Positions 61,298-64,000 of a stretch of 64,000 nucleotides of DNA are shown here, one piece after another (positions within the stretch are counted from its first letter, which is position 1; each line of letters starts with the position of its first letter). The notes beneath the pieces are model-generated. The model did no database searches and was not told the DNA's origin. It was given only the letters and a program-made list of their open reading frames with translations. Origin of the DNA: Takakia lepidozioides (Eukaryota; Plantae; Bryophyta); NCBI GenBank assembly GCA_030704615.1, contig CM060732.1:11718001-11782000 (forward strand), written 5' to 3'. A program made the position numbers and the translations under genes.

Positions 61298-63470
61298 CAT
61301 AAGTTGTGTGGAGAGGAAGTGAGGGGAGAATGAGCCTCATTTGGCTTATCTAGCCCCCCCCCCCCTTTCTCATTCCTCGGTCTACGCGTAAGGCACACCT
61401 CCTAGAAGCGACCGCCACCATGGTGGTCGCTACATTTAAAAAAAACAACAAAAAAGCGACCGCCCATACGGGCGGTCGTTCTATTTAAAAAATTAAACAA
61501 TAAAATCGACCGCCAGTAACGACGGTCGCTCTATTAAAAAAACAAAAAAAAAACGACCGCCATTACTGGTAGTCGCAACATTTTCAGAAATTAAAAATAT
61601 ACAAGCGACCGCCAGTAATGGCCGTCACTTTATTTTAAGAAAAACAAAAACAAAAACGTACATAAGTTGTGTGGAGAGGAAGTGAGGGGAGAATGAGCCT
61701 CCATTGGTTTATCTGCCCCCCCCCCCCCCTCTCATTCTTCGGTCCACACGTAAGGCACACCTTCTAGAAGCGACCGCCACCATGGCGGTCGCTACAACAA
61801 AAAAACGACCGTCAGTAATGACGGTCGCTCTATTTAAAAAATTAAACAATAAAAACAACCGTCAGTAAAGACGGTCGCTCTATTAAAAAACCAAAAAAAA
61901 AAAAAAACAACCACCGGCAGTCGCAATATTTTTAGAAATTAAAAATATACAAACGACCCGAAATAATGGCGGTCGCTCTATTTAAAAAAATTAAAAAAAA
62001 AAGTGACCGCCATAACTGGCGGTCGCAGCATTTTCAGAAATTAAAAATATACAAGCAACCGCCAGTAATGGCCATCGCTCTATTTAAAAATAAATAAAAA
62101 ACAAAAGCGACCGCCAATAATGGCGGTCGTTCATAAGTTGTGTGGAGAGGAAGTGAGGGGAGAATGAGCCTCCCTTGGCTTGTCTGCCCCCCCCCCTCAA
62201 TCCTCGGTCCACGCGTAAGGCACACCTTCTAGAAGCGACCGCCACAATGGCGGTCGCTATATTAAAAAAAACAAAAAAATAAAAGCGACCACCATTACTG
62301 GCAGTCGCAATATTTTCAGAATTTAAAAATATACAAGTGACCACCAGTAATGGCGGTCGCACTATTTAAAACAATAAAAAATAAAAGCGACCGCCATAAC
62401 TGGCGGTCGCAGCATTTTCAGAAACTAAAAATATACAAGCGACCGCCAGTAATGGCTGTCGCTCTATTTAAAAAAAATAAAAAACAAAAACGACCGCCAA
62501 TATAGGCGGTCGCTCTATTTTAGTTTTTTTTATAAAATGCGGCCGCCATTACTGGCGGTCGTTGTATTTAAAAAATTTAAAAATATGCAAGCGACCGCCA
62601 ATAATGGTGGTCGGTCTATTTTTTATTATAAAAATGACAACCAATAATGGCGGTCGCTCTATTTAAAAAACTAAAAAATAAAAGCGATCGTCATAACTGG
62701 CGGTCACTTAAAAATATACAAGCGACCGCCAGTAATAGCCATCGCTCTATTTTAAAAAAATAAGAAACAAAAGCGACCGCCAATAATGGCGGTCGCTCTA
62801 TTTTAGTTTTTAAGAAAAAATGCGACCGCCATTACTGGCGGTCGCTGTATTTTCAGAATTTAAAAATATACAAGCGACCGCCAATAATGGCGGTCGGTCT
62901 ATTTTATTATTTTTAAATGACAACCAATAATGACGGTCGCTCTATTTTATTTTTTTTAAAAAAAATACGACCAATATAACTGGCGGTCGCTGCATTTTCT
63001 GAAATTAAAAATATTTTTAATATTTTTAAAATAAAGCGACGGCCATATTATGGCCGTCGCTTGTTTTTTTTTAATATATTTAAAATATAGCGACGGCCAT
63101 ATTATGGTAGTCGCTGGTTTTTTTTAATATATTTTCAAAATAAAGCGACTGCCGTATTATGGTGGTCGCTGGGTTTTTTAATATATTTGTAAAATTAAGC
63201 GATCGCTATATTATGGCGGTCGCTTGCTTTTTATATATTATTGAAAACAAGCGACTGCCAATTCTGGCGGTCGCTTGTTTTTTATATATTTTCAAAATTA
63301 TGTGACCGCCAAAACGGAGGTTGCTATTTTTTTTATAAAAATTAGACGACCGCCGATGCGACTGACAATTTTTATTTATTTTTTAACGAACGCCATGTTG
63401 GCGGTCACTCTTATTTCTAAAATTCCGAAATATAAAGCGACCGCCAGAATTGGCGGTCGCTTTCATTTTA
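61298..63470. repeat. Right subterminal palindrome array plus three copies of a ~130-bp unit
   Basis: Dozens of AGCGACCGCC-n-GGCGGTCGC units. CATAAGTTGTGTGGAGAGGAAG..AAGGCACACC occurs at ~61298, 61660 and 62132. Confidence 0.9.
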
Positions 63471-63652
63471 TTATTTTCCAAAATGTATTTGCCACCGCTA
63501 CCGTGTCGGCGACGTGGCTGCTTAAGTAGCAATATTTTACCTGGTACTTTTTTTACTAGATTATTCTCGGAACCTGACGTGACGGAGGTCCCGTCAGCGT
63601 CAAGTATGACATGACCTTACGCTGACAGACGGACGTGACGCTGATAACCGGG

Positions 63653-64000
63653 GTCCAAAGCAAGATGCCTCTCATCTAAAAAGATTGTCCGGCCATTGGG
63701 TCAAGTGAAGCATCCAATGCCGGGACCCCCCTCCATAGCTCCTTAAGTTCATCAACAAGAGGTCGCAAATACGTGTCCATGTTTGCCACTTGTTTTTTCC
63801 CTGTGAGACATTCACATCATTGTTTCAATGCTCCACCAATATGCAAATTATATTACAAAATGAATTACACGTCTTACTTCATGATTATGTCACTCATCAA
63901 TCTTGCATCCGAATTGCGTCAGAGATCAGAAGTTTAATGTAAAGTCTAAGGCAATAATAAACATGAAATGAGTACACTCACCTGGCACAATGGCAGCCAA
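63653..64000 (-). CDS. CACTA TnpD upstream exons (Transposase_21), continuing beyond the window
   Basis: LAAIVPG|intron 63981-63801 GT-AG|KKQVANMDTYLRPLVDELKELWRGVPALD..F*MRGILLWT, with one internal stop. Confidence 0.85.

Larger units (their letters stand above)
45792..63652. mobile_element. ~17.9-kb DNA transposon-like insertion with an 8(-9)-bp TSD, superfamily unresolved
   Basis: GTCCAAAG(C) is duplicated at 45784-45791 and 63653-63660. Termini are CCTAGTTATCA and TGATAACCGGG. The insertion splits the tnpD peptide ILLWT/MHDYPG. Confidence 0.85.

Noticed and set aside
61400-63470. CRISPR-like palindromic repeat-spacer pattern
   Set aside because: Eukaryotic context, degenerate repeats, low-complexity A/T spacers that themselves repeat, and no cas genes.

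Overview
Eukaryotic land-plant genomic DNA, probably a bryophyte or other seed-free plant (inferred from the gene and transposable element (TE) repertoire). The first ~16 kb is genic. It holds a two-exon GT34 xyloglucan xylosyltransferase (XXT-like) gene with a GC-AG intron, an intron-retaining pseudogene fragment of organellar isoleucyl-tRNA synthetase, and a five-exon At2g39300/At3g55060-like coiled-coil gene. From ~17 kb onward the window is a nested TE cluster: RTE-X/L2-like LINE remnants, CACTA elements (one non-autonomous copy with TSD, two tnpD genes), a near-complete Ty3/gypsy chromovirus with a truncated 5' LTR, gag remnants, MITEs and tandem repeats. Three observations stand out. (1) Two decayed segments resemble a cytosine-5 DNA methyltransferase domain; one lies directly upstream of a Ty3/gypsy RT N-terminus, suggesting a DNMT-carrying LTR retrotransposon in a land plant. 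(2) A ~17.9-kb element with an 8-9 bp TSD, short imperfect TIRs and palindrome arrays splits a CACTA tnpD exon and carries unknown cargo genes. (3) A 120-bp tandem array inside that element may be a series of 15-nt microexons. All family assignments come from motif recognition by eye; no database searches were run.
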